Assembly: GCA_014238195.1 (NCBI GenBank)
Contig: JABABO010000058.1
Location: 1-45,194 of the forward strand
Source: Kordiimonadaceae bacterium
GTDB taxonomy: Bacteria; Pseudomonadota; Alphaproteobacteria; Sphingomonadales; Kordiimonadaceae
Direction of reading: 5' to 3'
Length of the DNA: 45,194 bases
Shown in pieces: positions 9,541 through 18,609 of this stretch. Under the pieces are notes generated by a model, which was not told the DNA's origin, made no database searches, and saw only the letters and a program-made list of their open reading frames with translations. Positions within the stretch are counted from its first letter, which is position 1, and the number at the start of each line of letters is the position of its first letter. The position numbers and the translations under genes are program-made.

Positions 9541-11010
9541 TTACTTGATCTGGAATCCAGCACGTTTTTTCAGCGATGGGCCAGGTTTTTTATCCTTTGC
9601 TTGCGGGGATTTCGGCTGGGTGGCTTGCCAGCGCTTACCACCAAGAAAACGTTGCATGTCAGAGGGCGCAATAAAGCCATCTGTTGGCAGAGCAAGTTGT
9701 CTGTCCGATACAGGTCTGACCGCATAAGGCGTAACAACGATCAGTAATTCTGTTTCATTCCGGCGGAAGCTTTCGCTGCGGAACAAAGCCCCCAATATTG
9801 GGATATCTCCAAGACCAGGGAATTTATCAGCGTCTTGGGTAACGCTATTTTGCAACAGACCAGCGATGACAAAGGATTGACCACTGCCCAGTTCTACAGT
9901 GGTTTCAGCACGCCGTGTGCTCAGTGACGGGATTTCAATATTGCTGACTTTAATGGCACCAGCTGAGGAAAGCTCGCTCACTTCAGGCTGTACGTGCACC
10001 GAGATACGACCTGTGCTTAACACAGTCGGTGTGAAAGCGAGCTTAACCCCAAATTCGCGGTACTCAATGGCAATATTTCCATCTTCGCTTGGGATCGGGA
10101 TTGGAAATTCACCGCCCGCTAAAAAGCTCGCACTTTGGCCTGTTAAAGCCGTTAAATTTGGCTCAGCTAGTACCGTAAGAAAGCCTTCGCGGTCTAAGGC
10201 ATCAATGGCAAAATTCATATCCAAATCCCCACGTGTTATGTTGCCGAACAAGCTGCTTGCGGTTGTTGACGTACCGAATACACGGGTGGGTAATTGTGTA
10301 ATTGGATCAATGAGAATATCAGCGACATTACGACCTTGTTGCAGGCCCATACTGAAACTGGAGCCATTTAAAAAGCTTTCCCAGTTAAAGCCAAATTGTT
10401 TAGTGATTGACCGATTAACTTCGGCAATTTTAACCCGCAAGCTAACCTGTGTTGGTTGGCTGATCGATAGGCGGTTCATCACTTTGCCTGCCCCAATGAC
10501 AGAAATTGCAAGCTGTTCGGCAAGGTGTGCTTCATCGGGGGATGCAACACTACCATCTAACAGCAACATATCCCCGACTATTGAAACACGGATATAGGCA
10601 TCTGGTAACATTTGCTTCAAGGCGGACTGCAAACTGGCTAAATTGCGACTGATTTTCACATCAGCGCTAAAAATGACCGTGTCATCACTATCAAGCGCAT
10701 AAAAACTTGTCGTCCCTTGGGTTTTACCAAAGACATAAACCACGCGCTGCGATTTAACCTGAACATCAGCGATATCAGGATTAGCAATAAAGACCGATGT
10801 TGCAGGCCGGTCAAGGCGAATGAGTGTGCCCTTGCCGGCCTCAATTTCAAGCGTTTTTGTATTGGGTGCAATAATATCTGCCCCTGTTGAACTAGGCCAA
10901 ACCATTTGCTGACCATGCACTTGTATTGACAAAGCAATTAGGGATAATCCAAAGGCGAAAATCATCAGAAAATGCTGATGGATATGTGAAAATAAATTCA
11001 TAGGCTTCAT
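9541..11010 (-). CDS. cpaC: Outer-membrane secretin CpaC/RcpA
   Basis: 489 aa with a signal peptide and a secretin C-domain (VIAGLLQN...PGLGDIPILGALFRS). An ATGA overlap joins it to the cpaB stop. Confidence 0.92.
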   Translation of the reverse strand: MKPMNLFSHIHQHFLMIFAFGLSLIALSIQVHGQQMVWPSSTGADIIAPNTKTLEIEAGKGTLIRLDRPATSVFIANPDIADVQVKSQRVVYVFGKTQGTTSFYALDSDDTVIFSADVKISRNLASLQSALKQMLPDAYIRVSIVGDMLLLDGSVASPDEAHLAEQLAISVIGAGKVMNRLSISQPTQVSLRVKIAEVNRSITKQFGFNWESFLNGSSFSMGLQQGRNVADILIDPITQLPTRVFGTSTTASSLFGNITRGDLDMNFAIDALDREGFLTVLAEPNLTALTGQSASFLAGGEFPIPIPSEDGNIAIEYREFGVKLAFTPTVLSTGRISVHVQPEVSELSSAGAIKVSNIEIPSLSTRRAETTVELGSGQSFVIAGLLQNSVTQDADKFPGLGDIPILGALFRSESFRRNETELLIVVTPYAVRPVSDRQLALPTDGFIAPSDMQRFLGGKRWQATQPKSPQAKDKKPGPSLKKRAGFQIK

Positions 11011-11957
11011 TGGATATCCCCCTGCGTGGACGTATCGCCGTCTGTATCGTCTTTTGAGTTATCTGGCGGCGGTGTGGCTTTAATTGGCCCAGATGGTGCA
11101 GGTGGTTGATCACCCTTTGGTGCATCTGTCTGTGTATTGCCTGCTTCAACCAACACGGCTGCTGCGCCGCGTACAATTGTTACTTTACCTTTGGCACCGC
11201 CATCAAGACGCGGGATTAAATTAGTAATATCCGACCCAAAGGTACGCTGTGCTGCACGACCCCCAGTGTTTTCAGCACCCGCAAGGGCCCGTAAACTTAG
11301 TGATAAAGAACCAAGCTTAGAAAGCATCGTGACTTTTTCTGCGACTGGTGGGCTGACCTCTAGTGTTGCGGTTTTACCAAGCTTGACTTTATTTTCCGTT
11401 GCCTCACTACGCTGGTCGACCCCAAGCACTCGGATATTAGTCAATATAGTTTCAGAGACGGTGTGATTGAAATTTTCATTGTCTTTGACTTGGTGGGTTA
11501 AAATCACATCCACCCGATCACCAGGAAAAATAAAGCCACCAATACCCGATTCGGCGTTCAGCTTAACGGTTACGGCCCGCATGCCTGGCGCAAGTATCGC
11601 TGCTAAAAAGCCACGCTCCCCCTGCGAGACAAGTGCAGTTTTTGTAATGGGTTCGCCAGCCGTGATGAGCTTGCGAACAACATTCCCAGCGAGGTCTGCT
11701 TTTTTACCATCGGCGATATGGTAAGCAGGATTGAGAGCGGCATCGGGCCACACTTGTGGTGTTAAATGTTCGGGGGTTATGATTGTGCCAATCTTTAGGT
11801 CTTTTTCAGCAACAAGAATACGGGTTGATGGGATAACCTGCGCTTGCGTTGCTTGCTCGGTTTGTGTCACACCGCTCAGGTAAGACCGCGTCAACATAAT
11901 AACCGCAAGAACACTTAGCCCTGCAAATATCATCAATATCAAAACACGGGGGTTCAT
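11007..11957 (-). CDS. cpaB: Flp pilus assembly protein CpaB/RcpC
   Basis: N-terminal TM helix, a SAF-like region (ILVAEKDLKIGTIIT) and a Pro/acidic C-terminal tail. It sits between cpaA and cpaC. Confidence 0.85.
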   Translation of the reverse strand: MNPRVLILMIFAGLSVLAVIMLTRSYLSGVTQTEQATQAQVIPSTRILVAEKDLKIGTIITPEHLTPQVWPDAALNPAYHIADGKKADLAGNVVRKLITAGEPITKTALVSQGERGFLAAILAPGMRAVTVKLNAESGIGGFIFPGDRVDVILTHQVKDNENFNHTVSETILTNIRVLGVDQRSEATENKVKLGKTATLEVSPPVAEKVTMLSKLGSLSLSLRALAGAENTGGRAAQRTFGSDITNLIPRLDGGAKGKVTIVRGAAAVLVEAGNTQTDAPKGDQPPAPSGPIKATPPPDNSKDDTDGDTSTQGDIQ

Positions 11958-12077
11958 GACCCATCCCCTTTCATTGCTTATTGGCTATTGCTTATTTGAT
12001 TCCATTTGATGGCGAGTATGACGGCATATAGTTAATAAAATACCAGCAAACGATTTTTGTTGCTGATGAGGTGCTGG

Positions 12078-12578
12078 CTATAAAAAGCCAACGCGCTTGC
12101 CACACACCCATAAGCCAGCCAGCATAATGGCAATACCGTATGGTACTTTGACAGTATCTATGGGTTTAGATTTTCTGTCATTAGGAACTGTTTGCACTGT
12201 GTAAATATGTGCAAGTACAGTGAGGGCGACAACCCCGCCTGCGATGGTCATCAACATTAAAAATGGTAGGATCAAAGCAGGGCCAGCAATCAAGGCCATA
12301 ACGGATATAAGTTTTGTGTCACCGCCGCCAAGTACCCCTTTTGCAAATAACCCAAGTGTTACAATGAAGGTAAGCGCTGCGACTAAAGCAGGCCAAATCA
12401 GTCCTTCGTTTAGGCTAATTCCGTTCAGAAGCTGCACCAAAGCCAATCCACAAAAAGCGCTAGCAATAATAAGTGGAACCATATTATTTATTTTGCGAGT
12501 TTGCAGATCGCTTACACCCGCCCAAATAAGGGCTAGAGCAACCAAGCTATAGAATCCATATGTAAAAAATACAGTCAT
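12078..12578 (-). CDS. cpaA: Prepilin peptidase CpaA/TadV (A24 family, no methyltransferase domain)
   Basis: 166-aa polytopic protein with GVSDLQTRKINN and GGGDTKL aspartate motifs. It lies directly downstream of flp. Confidence 0.88.
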   Translation of the reverse strand: MTVFFTYGFYSLVALALIWAGVSDLQTRKINNMVPLIIASAFCGLALVQLLNGISLNEGLIWPALVAALTFIVTLGLFAKGVLGGGDTKLISVMALIAGPALILPFLMLMTIAGGVVALTVLAHIYTVQTVPNDRKSKPIDTVKVPYGIAIMLAGLWVCGKRVGFL

Positions 12579-12701
12579 TCAGGCTATATACTTTAATCAG
12601 TCAAAGCGAAAAAGGGCCACCCTCTCTGGCAATATGCAAAAAGGGTAGCCCCGTGCTGGGAAACAGTGCCAAAAACTGTTGCTCTGTCGGTAAGCGATTT
12701 A

Positions 12702-12899
12702 TTAATCAGGTGTTCCGCCCGCGTTGGTGTTTGCAGTATCAACTTGTGTTTCAACGGTACCAAAAATATCGCTTAAAGCATCGCCGACATTGCCAAGAGC
12801 TGCAATCAATGCAATCGCAACAAGGGCTGCAATCAAGCCATATTCAATCGCTGTTGCGCCTTCATCATCGGCGCGTAATTTTTTTAGTAATTTTCTCAT
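12702..12899 (-). CDS. flp: Flp-family type IVb pilin
   Basis: 65 aa with the Flp motif ...EG/ATAIEYGLIAALVAIALI. GGAG lies 7 nt upstream of the ATG. Confidence 0.93.
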   Translation of the reverse strand: MRKLLKKLRADDEGATAIEYGLIAALVAIALIAALGNVGDALSDIFGTVETQVDTANTNAGGTPD

Positions 12900-13270
12900 G
12901 TTCAGTCTCCATCTGCCTTATTAATCGGTTGGGGTATGCTGCCCTATTGCTGTTTTGATGAAGTGAATAGTTACACCAATTTCTAAACAAACATTTAACA
13001 GTGGAAGTATTTAAGTATTTTTATAAGTATAGTTTTAATAAAGTAATACTAAAATAAAGTTAAAATTTAAATTAATACCAAGACTTGGGTTTATATACAT
13101 TTTACAAGTATTGTTTATGCCTTCACTCGGCAAGCGTCCCAATATTTAAATAAAGCTCATCGCATTTATTCACTGGATTTAAACAATTCAGCGATACTTT
13201 TAGATTTAATGAGCTACTTTTTTAGCCGTTTTGGTAAAAATATCAGCTCGGATAAGCAGGTGATTCGGGC

Positions 13271-14740
13271 ATGGTGGAATTGTTATTCAAGCAAATTTGC
13301 ATATTTATAGACCGTAGGTATCGCGGTTTGAGGGGCCTTAAATGGTTTGTGCACCAGCTAAAAGCGGACCACCAAGGCACTGTTGCGGTGATGTATGCGC
13401 TCGCCTTTATCCCGACCTTGGCCTTTATTGGTCTTGCGATTGATAGTGGTCGGATTTATTTGGTGAAAGATGCGACGCAAAAATCACTTGATGCGGCGGT
13501 CTTGGCAGCAGGGCATACATTATCTGCCGATAATATTGAAACAGATGCCTTGATGTTTTTTAGCGAAAACATGAATAGCTTAGCATCATACGCTGCTATC
13601 AGTAATACCAATGTTGTTACAAGCGACGACGACAAAGTCATAACATTCACGGCCTCGGTCACCCTAAATATGACCTTTATGACACTGTTTGGCTATGATG
13701 ACATTGTCCTTAGCGCAACAACAGAAGTCACCAGTGAAACCCGTGGTCTTGAACTTGTGATCGTTATGGATAACACGGGGTCAATGGGAAGTGGCACTAA
13801 AATGGATGATGCACAAGATGCGGCATCCAATTTATTACAGGCGCTGTATGATGATGAAACAACCAACCCTTATTTATTCATTGGTGTTGTGCCTTTTATT
13901 GCTTCGGCGAATGTGGGGGATCAATATACAAACTGGTTATCAACAGCGTCACAAGTCCGCTTAAGTAATGGTGATTTTGGATCAACCGATTGGAAGGGAT
14001 GCGTCATGGCACGCGCTGCACCCTTGGATCAGAATGACACACCGCCAACGTCCGATCCTTTTGAAATCTATTTATGGGAAGACCAGGAATTTGGTTCTTA
14101 TGATAAAAATGATTGGATTCGCTACAGTTGGTGGTACGGCTGGTATTATGATATCGATGAAGGCCCTTCAAGTTCTACGGATGGCCCCAATCTGGGGTGT
14201 GGTGATCCGATTTTACCGCTCACAGACCAGCGCATAGATGTTCAAGCTGCGATTGATGACATGGAACCTTGGACACATGGGGGTACGCATGCTCATTACG
14301 GTCTTGTATGGGGCTGGCGGGTGATTTCGCCCTTGTGGCGCGGTCTGTGGGGCGGGGCTACACCCAGCGATATGCCACTGGATTATGACAATGATATTAT
14401 GGACAAAGCGATCATTCTGTTAACGGATGGTCAAAATACAATTTATAACAATGAAAAGACGGTTTATGGTGATCGGGCAACATTTGGCTATTCTTCATCT
14501 TCTGCGGCTTATGCAGAATTAGATGCCAGAACATCTACGGTTTGTGAAGCCGTGAAAGCTGAAGACATATATTTATTCACGATTACGTTTGGTACGTCTA
14601 TTGATTCAGGGACGCAGTCTTTGATGGAAGGCTGCGCCAGTTCTACAAGTTATTATTTTCATGCCCCTGATGGCAACGACCTTGACGATGCATTCGATAC
14701 AATAGGTCGCCAGCTTAGCAATTTAAGGATATCTGGCTGA
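13271..14740 (+). CDS. tadG: TadG-like pilus-associated protein with a von Willebrand factor A domain
   Basis: TadE/G-like hydrophobic N-terminus (GTVAVMYALAFIPTLAFIGLAID) and a MIDAS-type motif VIVMDNTGSMG. The true start may be downstream of 13271. Confidence 0.8.
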   Translation: MVELLFKQICIFIDRRYRGLRGLKWFVHQLKADHQGTVAVMYALAFIPTLAFIGLAIDSGRIYLVKDATQKSLDAAVLAAGHTLSADNIETDALMFFSENMNSLASYAAISNTNVVTSDDDKVITFTASVTLNMTFMTLFGYDDIVLSATTEVTSETRGLELVIVMDNTGSMGSGTKMDDAQDAASNLLQALYDDETTNPYLFIGVVPFIASANVGDQYTNWLSTASQVRLSNGDFGSTDWKGCVMARAAPLDQNDTPPTSDPFEIYLWEDQEFGSYDKNDWIRYSWWYGWYYDIDEGPSSSTDGPNLGCGDPILPLTDQRIDVQAAIDDMEPWTHGGTHAHYGLVWGWRVISPLWRGLWGGATPSDMPLDYDNDIMDKAIILLTDGQNTIYNNEKTVYGDRATFGYSSSSAAYAELDARTSTVCEAVKAEDIYLFTITFGTSIDSGTQSLMEGCASSTSYYFHAPDGNDLDDAFDTIGRQLSNLRISG

Positions 14741-15303
14741 TGCAAAATCTGTATAAAAAATTACAGGGACTGCGCAGGGACATTAAGGGAGCCATTGCCG
14801 TTGAGTTTGCCATCATTCTACCTGTCGCCATCACTTTGTTGGTTGGTATTATGGAGGTTGCTTTCATGATGTTTGTCAGCGCCACAGTTGAGAACGCTGT
14901 CATGAGTGCATCACGGTACGGTGCGATTGGAAATACCTCCACAGGTCTATCGCGCGAGGAAGCAATTTTGGAAATTGTTGCAGACAATAACTTTGGGGTG
15001 ATTGATATGGATGATGTCACGCTGACAACTACAGTTTATTCATCGTTTGAAGATATCGGTGAAGAAGAACCTTATGTTGATGCCAATGCCAGCGAAACCT
15101 ATGACGCAGGTGAAGAGTATTCAGATGTCAATGGTAATGGACAGTGGGATGAGGATATGGGCATTGCAGGGGTCGGCGGCACAGGTGACATTGTTGTGTA
15201 TCAAATATCTTATTCAACAAATAGCCTAACCGCCCTGTTAGATTTTGTCTTTGGATCAATTGTTCACTCCGCAGTTATTGCGATTAGGAACGAGCCATTT
15301 TAG
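14740..15303 (+). CDS. tadE: TadE-like pseudopilin
   Basis: N-terminal motif KGAIAVEFAIILPV. A TGATG overlap joins it to tadG. Confidence 0.8.
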   Translation: MQNLYKKLQGLRRDIKGAIAVEFAIILPVAITLLVGIMEVAFMMFVSATVENAVMSASRYGAIGNTSTGLSREEAILEIVADNNFGVIDMDDVTLTTTVYSSFEDIGEEEPYVDANASETYDAGEEYSDVNGNGQWDEDMGIAGVGGTGDIVVYQISYSTNSLTALLDFVFGSIVHSAVIAIRNEPF

Positions 15304-15310
15304 AGGTGAC

Positions 15311-15883
15311 ATGCAAAATATAATTAGAAAATTAGTAGCCTCCATTAAGCGGTTCTATCGCCATGATGAAGGAGCTGTGGCTGTTGAGTTTGCTTTTTTA
15401 TTACCCGTTTTTACAAGCTTGTTTTTAATGTTTTTTGAAACCAGCTATTTCATTCTGCTGAATTTAAAAACCCAGCACGCAGCTGTTTCGGTTGGTGATT
15501 TGGTGACCCGTGATGAAACCATATCTGAAAGTGGGATTACGGATTTATTTTTAATTGTCGATCATATTCTCACCCCTTGGGGTACGGGTGACCAAAGCCG
15601 TGTGATTGTCTCTGCCGTTTCTGACGTGGCTGATATACCTACGGTCTTATGGCAACGTCGCGGTGCAGGGACACTTGTTACCACGTCCGCTATCGGCTTG
15701 GAAGGCGGGGATGCAACAATGCCAACGTCTTTTGTTGTGCGCGCTGATGAAACTGTGATCATCACTGAATTTTATTATACATACGAGCCGCTTGTGATCC
15801 CAATTTTTGGCAGTGTAACACTGAATAAAACCACATACCACCGGCCACGGCTCAGCATGTTGCAGGCCGTTGAAGCAGATTAA
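15311..15883 (+). CDS. TadE/TadF-like pseudopilin
   Basis: Motif EGAVAVEFAFLLPVF near the N-terminus. ATG 15311 is preceded by GAGGTG; the longer ORF from 15245 would overlap tadE. Confidence 0.75.
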   Translation: MQNIIRKLVASIKRFYRHDEGAVAVEFAFLLPVFTSLFLMFFETSYFILLNLKTQHAAVSVGDLVTRDETISESGITDLFLIVDHILTPWGTGDQSRVIVSAVSDVADIPTVLWQRRGAGTLVTTSAIGLEGGDATMPTSFVVRADETVIITEFYYTYEPLVIPIFGSVTLNKTTYHRPRLSMLQAVEAD

Positions 15884-15904
15884 TTGTAACAAATATGACT
15901 GATT

Positions 15905-16732
15905 TTACGATTGCAATATTGCTAGAACACTTTCAGCAATTGCAGGGTCACTGATGGCGACCAGAGTGTCATCAAAGCCAGCGCGACTGTCGCTACGCCA
16001 ACTATAACATTCGCCGCCGGCGCCGCGCACAATGGGTATAAGCGCAACCATGTCATAAGGTTTTAATCCTGTTTCGGCGACAATATCCATATATCCTAAA
16101 CTAAGGATCGCATAGGCATAACAATCTAAGCCATAGCGAACAAGGCGTGTTTCCTGTAGCAGTTTTTTAAAACGCGCTTTATCCCTAGTGCTGAAAAGGT
16201 CTTGATCTGTCGTGCAAACCGTCGCGGCTGCTAGATTTGTGCACGGGCGTGTTCGGATAACTGTCCCGTTTAATGTGCTGCCCAAGGGGGAGCCAACATA
16301 ACGTTCCTGCAAATATGGTTGTTCAATGACCCCAATGATTGGTTCGCCGTGATAAGTTAATCCTATCAATGTTCCCCATGTTGGCAGTCCAGAAATAAAA
16401 GCACGGGTCCCGTCAATGGGGTCTAACACCCATTGAAATGGACTATCAGTGACTTTGGCTGGAAATTCCTCCCCCAATATACTGTGGTCGGGGTATTTTG
16501 CTTCGATACATTTTCGGATTGCTTGTTCGGCACCGCGATCAGCGATCGTCACAGGGTCAAAATGATCATCCCCTTTTATCTTATAATCAATATCAATAGG
16601 AGCGCGAAAATATTGCATGGAAATTGCGCTGGCAGCATCGGCAAGTTGCTCAGCAAATATGGTCAATTCCATAAGATCAGTATCAGATAGGCGGGATGTG
16701 GAAAAACTGTCTGACATAAAAGGCCCCTGCAA
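15905..16732 (-). CDS. Inositol monophosphatase family protein (possibly a histidinol-phosphatase HisN type)
   Basis: IMPase motifs ILGEE and WVLDPIDGTRAF. Confidence 0.8.
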   Translation of the reverse strand: MQGPFMSDSFSTSRLSDTDLMELTIFAEQLADAASAISMQYFRAPIDIDYKIKGDDHFDPVTIADRGAEQAIRKCIEAKYPDHSILGEEFPAKVTDSPFQWVLDPIDGTRAFISGLPTWGTLIGLTYHGEPIIGVIEQPYLQERYVGSPLGSTLNGTVIRTRPCTNLAAATVCTTDQDLFSTRDKARFKKLLQETRLVRYGLDCYAYAILSLGYMDIVAETGLKPYDMVALIPIVRGAGGECYSWRSDSRAGFDDTLVAISDPAIAESVLAILQS

Positions 16733-16845
16733 ATGCGTTTATCTTTGAATAGTTTGGCAAAGTAAAAATACCAGATCAATCTACTTGCGTATTTTGCTAA
16801 TATAGACCAAATAATAGCGCAGCGGAAAGTAGGAAAGACGCATAC

Positions 16846-18021
16846 GTGGAAAAACCCTTGCAGCATATAGATTATTTAATCATCGGCGCTGGGATTGCTG
16901 GGTGCGGTCTTGCGTATTTTCTAAGCGCAGAGCAACCTAATAAAACTATTCTAGTTGTTGATATGGAAGCCAGTGCTGGCTATCACACAACGGGCCGGTC
17001 CGCTGCTTTTTATGCTGAATCCTATGGCGGCCCGCTTATCAGACCCCTGACATCTGCTTCCAAGGCATTTTTAAGTCATCCCCCACCAAAATTCACGGAT
17101 ACCCCGCTTTTCCGCCCTCGCGGTGCCTTGCATATATTTGACGAAGCCCGACAGATAAAAGCGGATGCGATGCTTCGTGACATGAGCGACGGCGTAAAGG
17201 GTCTGCGCATCATACGCCGTGATGCACTTTTGTCTTATGCGCCGTGCCTTGCTGGGGGTGATTGGGTTGGGGCTGTGATGGACAGCGATTGTCAAGATAT
17301 TGATGTTGCTGCTTTGCATCATGGTTATATTAAGGGCGCGAAAACAAGTGGCGTGAAATTTTTGCTTTCTAACACCTTAAAACAGGCGGACTTTGACGGC
17401 GAACATTGGCAGATAACATTTGATAAATCTGTCATAACCGCTCGCACTATCGTCAATGCTGCGGGGGCTTGGGCTGATGATGTGGCTAAGCTGTGCGGTA
17501 TTGGTCAGCTTGGCCTGACCCCACTTAAGCGAACGATTATAACAGTCCCTAATCAAGGAATTGATACCGAAAAACCAGATACGCCTTTGATCATTGATAT
17601 TGATGAAAATTTTTACTTTAAATCAGAGGGCATGGGGTATTTAATATCCCCTGCCGACGAAACCCTAAGTGCTGCCTGCGACGCGCAGCCAGATATTGAA
17701 GACATTGCCCACGCAATTGATTTATTTTCGCGTGCCTGCGGTGTGACACTCACAAAAATCGAAGCAAAATGGGCGGGTCTTAGAACCTTTGCGCCTGACC
17801 GCGTTCCAGTGATCGGTTTTGATACTGGGTGCAGCGGGTTTTTCTGGAACGCGGGCCAAGGCGGTTATGGTATTCAAACATCGCCTGCTTGGTCTATGCT
17901 CGCTGCGCGCTTACTTGGTCAAAACCAATCAGCTGCCCAGCAAACTTCGCTAGCGCCCGTTGATCATATTGATGCAGCACCGTACAGCCCAAAAAGGTTT
18001 AAGATTGATCGGTTTGGCTAG
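16846..18021 (+). CDS. FAD-dependent oxidoreductase (DAO family)
   Basis: N-terminal dinucleotide fold DYLIIGAGIAGCGLAYFL; 391 aa. Confidence 0.75.
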   Translation: MEKPLQHIDYLIIGAGIAGCGLAYFLSAEQPNKTILVVDMEASAGYHTTGRSAAFYAESYGGPLIRPLTSASKAFLSHPPPKFTDTPLFRPRGALHIFDEARQIKADAMLRDMSDGVKGLRIIRRDALLSYAPCLAGGDWVGAVMDSDCQDIDVAALHHGYIKGAKTSGVKFLLSNTLKQADFDGEHWQITFDKSVITARTIVNAAGAWADDVAKLCGIGQLGLTPLKRTIITVPNQGIDTEKPDTPLIIDIDENFYFKSEGMGYLISPADETLSAACDAQPDIEDIAHAIDLFSRACGVTLTKIEAKWAGLRTFAPDRVPVIGFDTGCSGFFWNAGQGGYGIQTSPAWSMLAARLLGQNQSAAQQTSLAPVDHIDAAPYSPKRFKIDRFG

Positions 18022-18263
18022 TCCCGAATTTGGCTGCGGCGTTTTCTGCCGAACAGTGCAATCAAAGTGACCGCCCCAACGGTGCCAGCGACAATATCCC
18101 CCACAAGATTGGACGTATGAAAACCCAAAATACCAAAAATTACTCCGCCTATGATACTGCCAAGCACACCCAAAATGATGTTTGCAAGGATGCCATAGCC
18201 AGACCCTTTCATAATTTGGCCCGCTAAAAAGCCTGCTAAACCACCAATAAGAATTGCATACAT
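18018..18263 (-). CDS. GlsB/YeaQ/YmgE family small membrane stress protein
   Basis: 81 aa, glycine-zipper-rich (GGLAGFLAGQIMKGSGYGILANIILGVLGSIIGG). Confidence 0.75.
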   Translation of the reverse strand: MYAILIGGLAGFLAGQIMKGSGYGILANIILGVLGSIIGGVIFGILGFHTSNLVGDIVAGTVGAVTLIALFGRKRRSQIRD

Positions 18264-18289
18264 GATAAATCCTTCTTCTTTAATTGAAT

Positions 18290-18481
18290 TTAATAACGAC
18301 GATGAACCTTATCAATCATTTCTTCAGTACGGTACTGCCCCAAGGCATACACAGCCCAAATAGCAGCCACTGGCCAGCCGATCATCGTTAACCATAATAT
18401 GGCACAAAATATACCTTGAAAAGGTCGATTGATGGTAAAAAATACAAAGGGTGGAATCAGGATAGCTAGAATAAATCTCAT
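18290..18481 (-). CDS. YqaE/Pmp3-like small membrane protein
   Basis: 63 aa with two TM helices. ILAILIPPFVFF...LTMIGWPVAAIWAVYAL resembles the Pmp3 pattern. Confidence 0.55.
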   Translation of the reverse strand: MRFILAILIPPFVFFTINRPFQGIFCAILWLTMIGWPVAAIWAVYALGQYRTEEMIDKVHRRY

Positions 18482-18609
18482 GTTTTGTCTCCTACACTGT
18501 CGATATTGTTGTTTATTTTTATCTCACATAAATGGTGTGTGCTCGAATTGTTTTCAAGGTTCTTAAGATTTTATGCAGAATTATACGTCTATAAGGGAAG
18601 ACGTTTTAT

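Noticed and set aside
9899-10597. 232-aa plus-strand ORF inside cpaC. Similar long antisense ORFs occur at 6431-6907, 19146-19862 and 23233-23955.
   Set aside because: Each lies entirely antisense to a gene with strong family motifs. Their translations are low-complexity (Ser/Ala/Arg/Pro-rich) with no recognisable motifs, which is typical of shadow ORFs.
12609-12680. Small GC hairpins followed by T-runs (on the minus strand) between flp and cpaA, as possible attenuating terminators.
   Set aside because: The stems are only 3-6 bp, or lack a contiguous U-tract. That is too weak to call from sequence alone.
12653-12958. ORFs of 101 aa and 66 aa on the plus strand across the flp locus.
   Set aside because: They are antisense to a textbook Flp pilin gene with its own ribosome-binding site, and their translations have no recognisable features.
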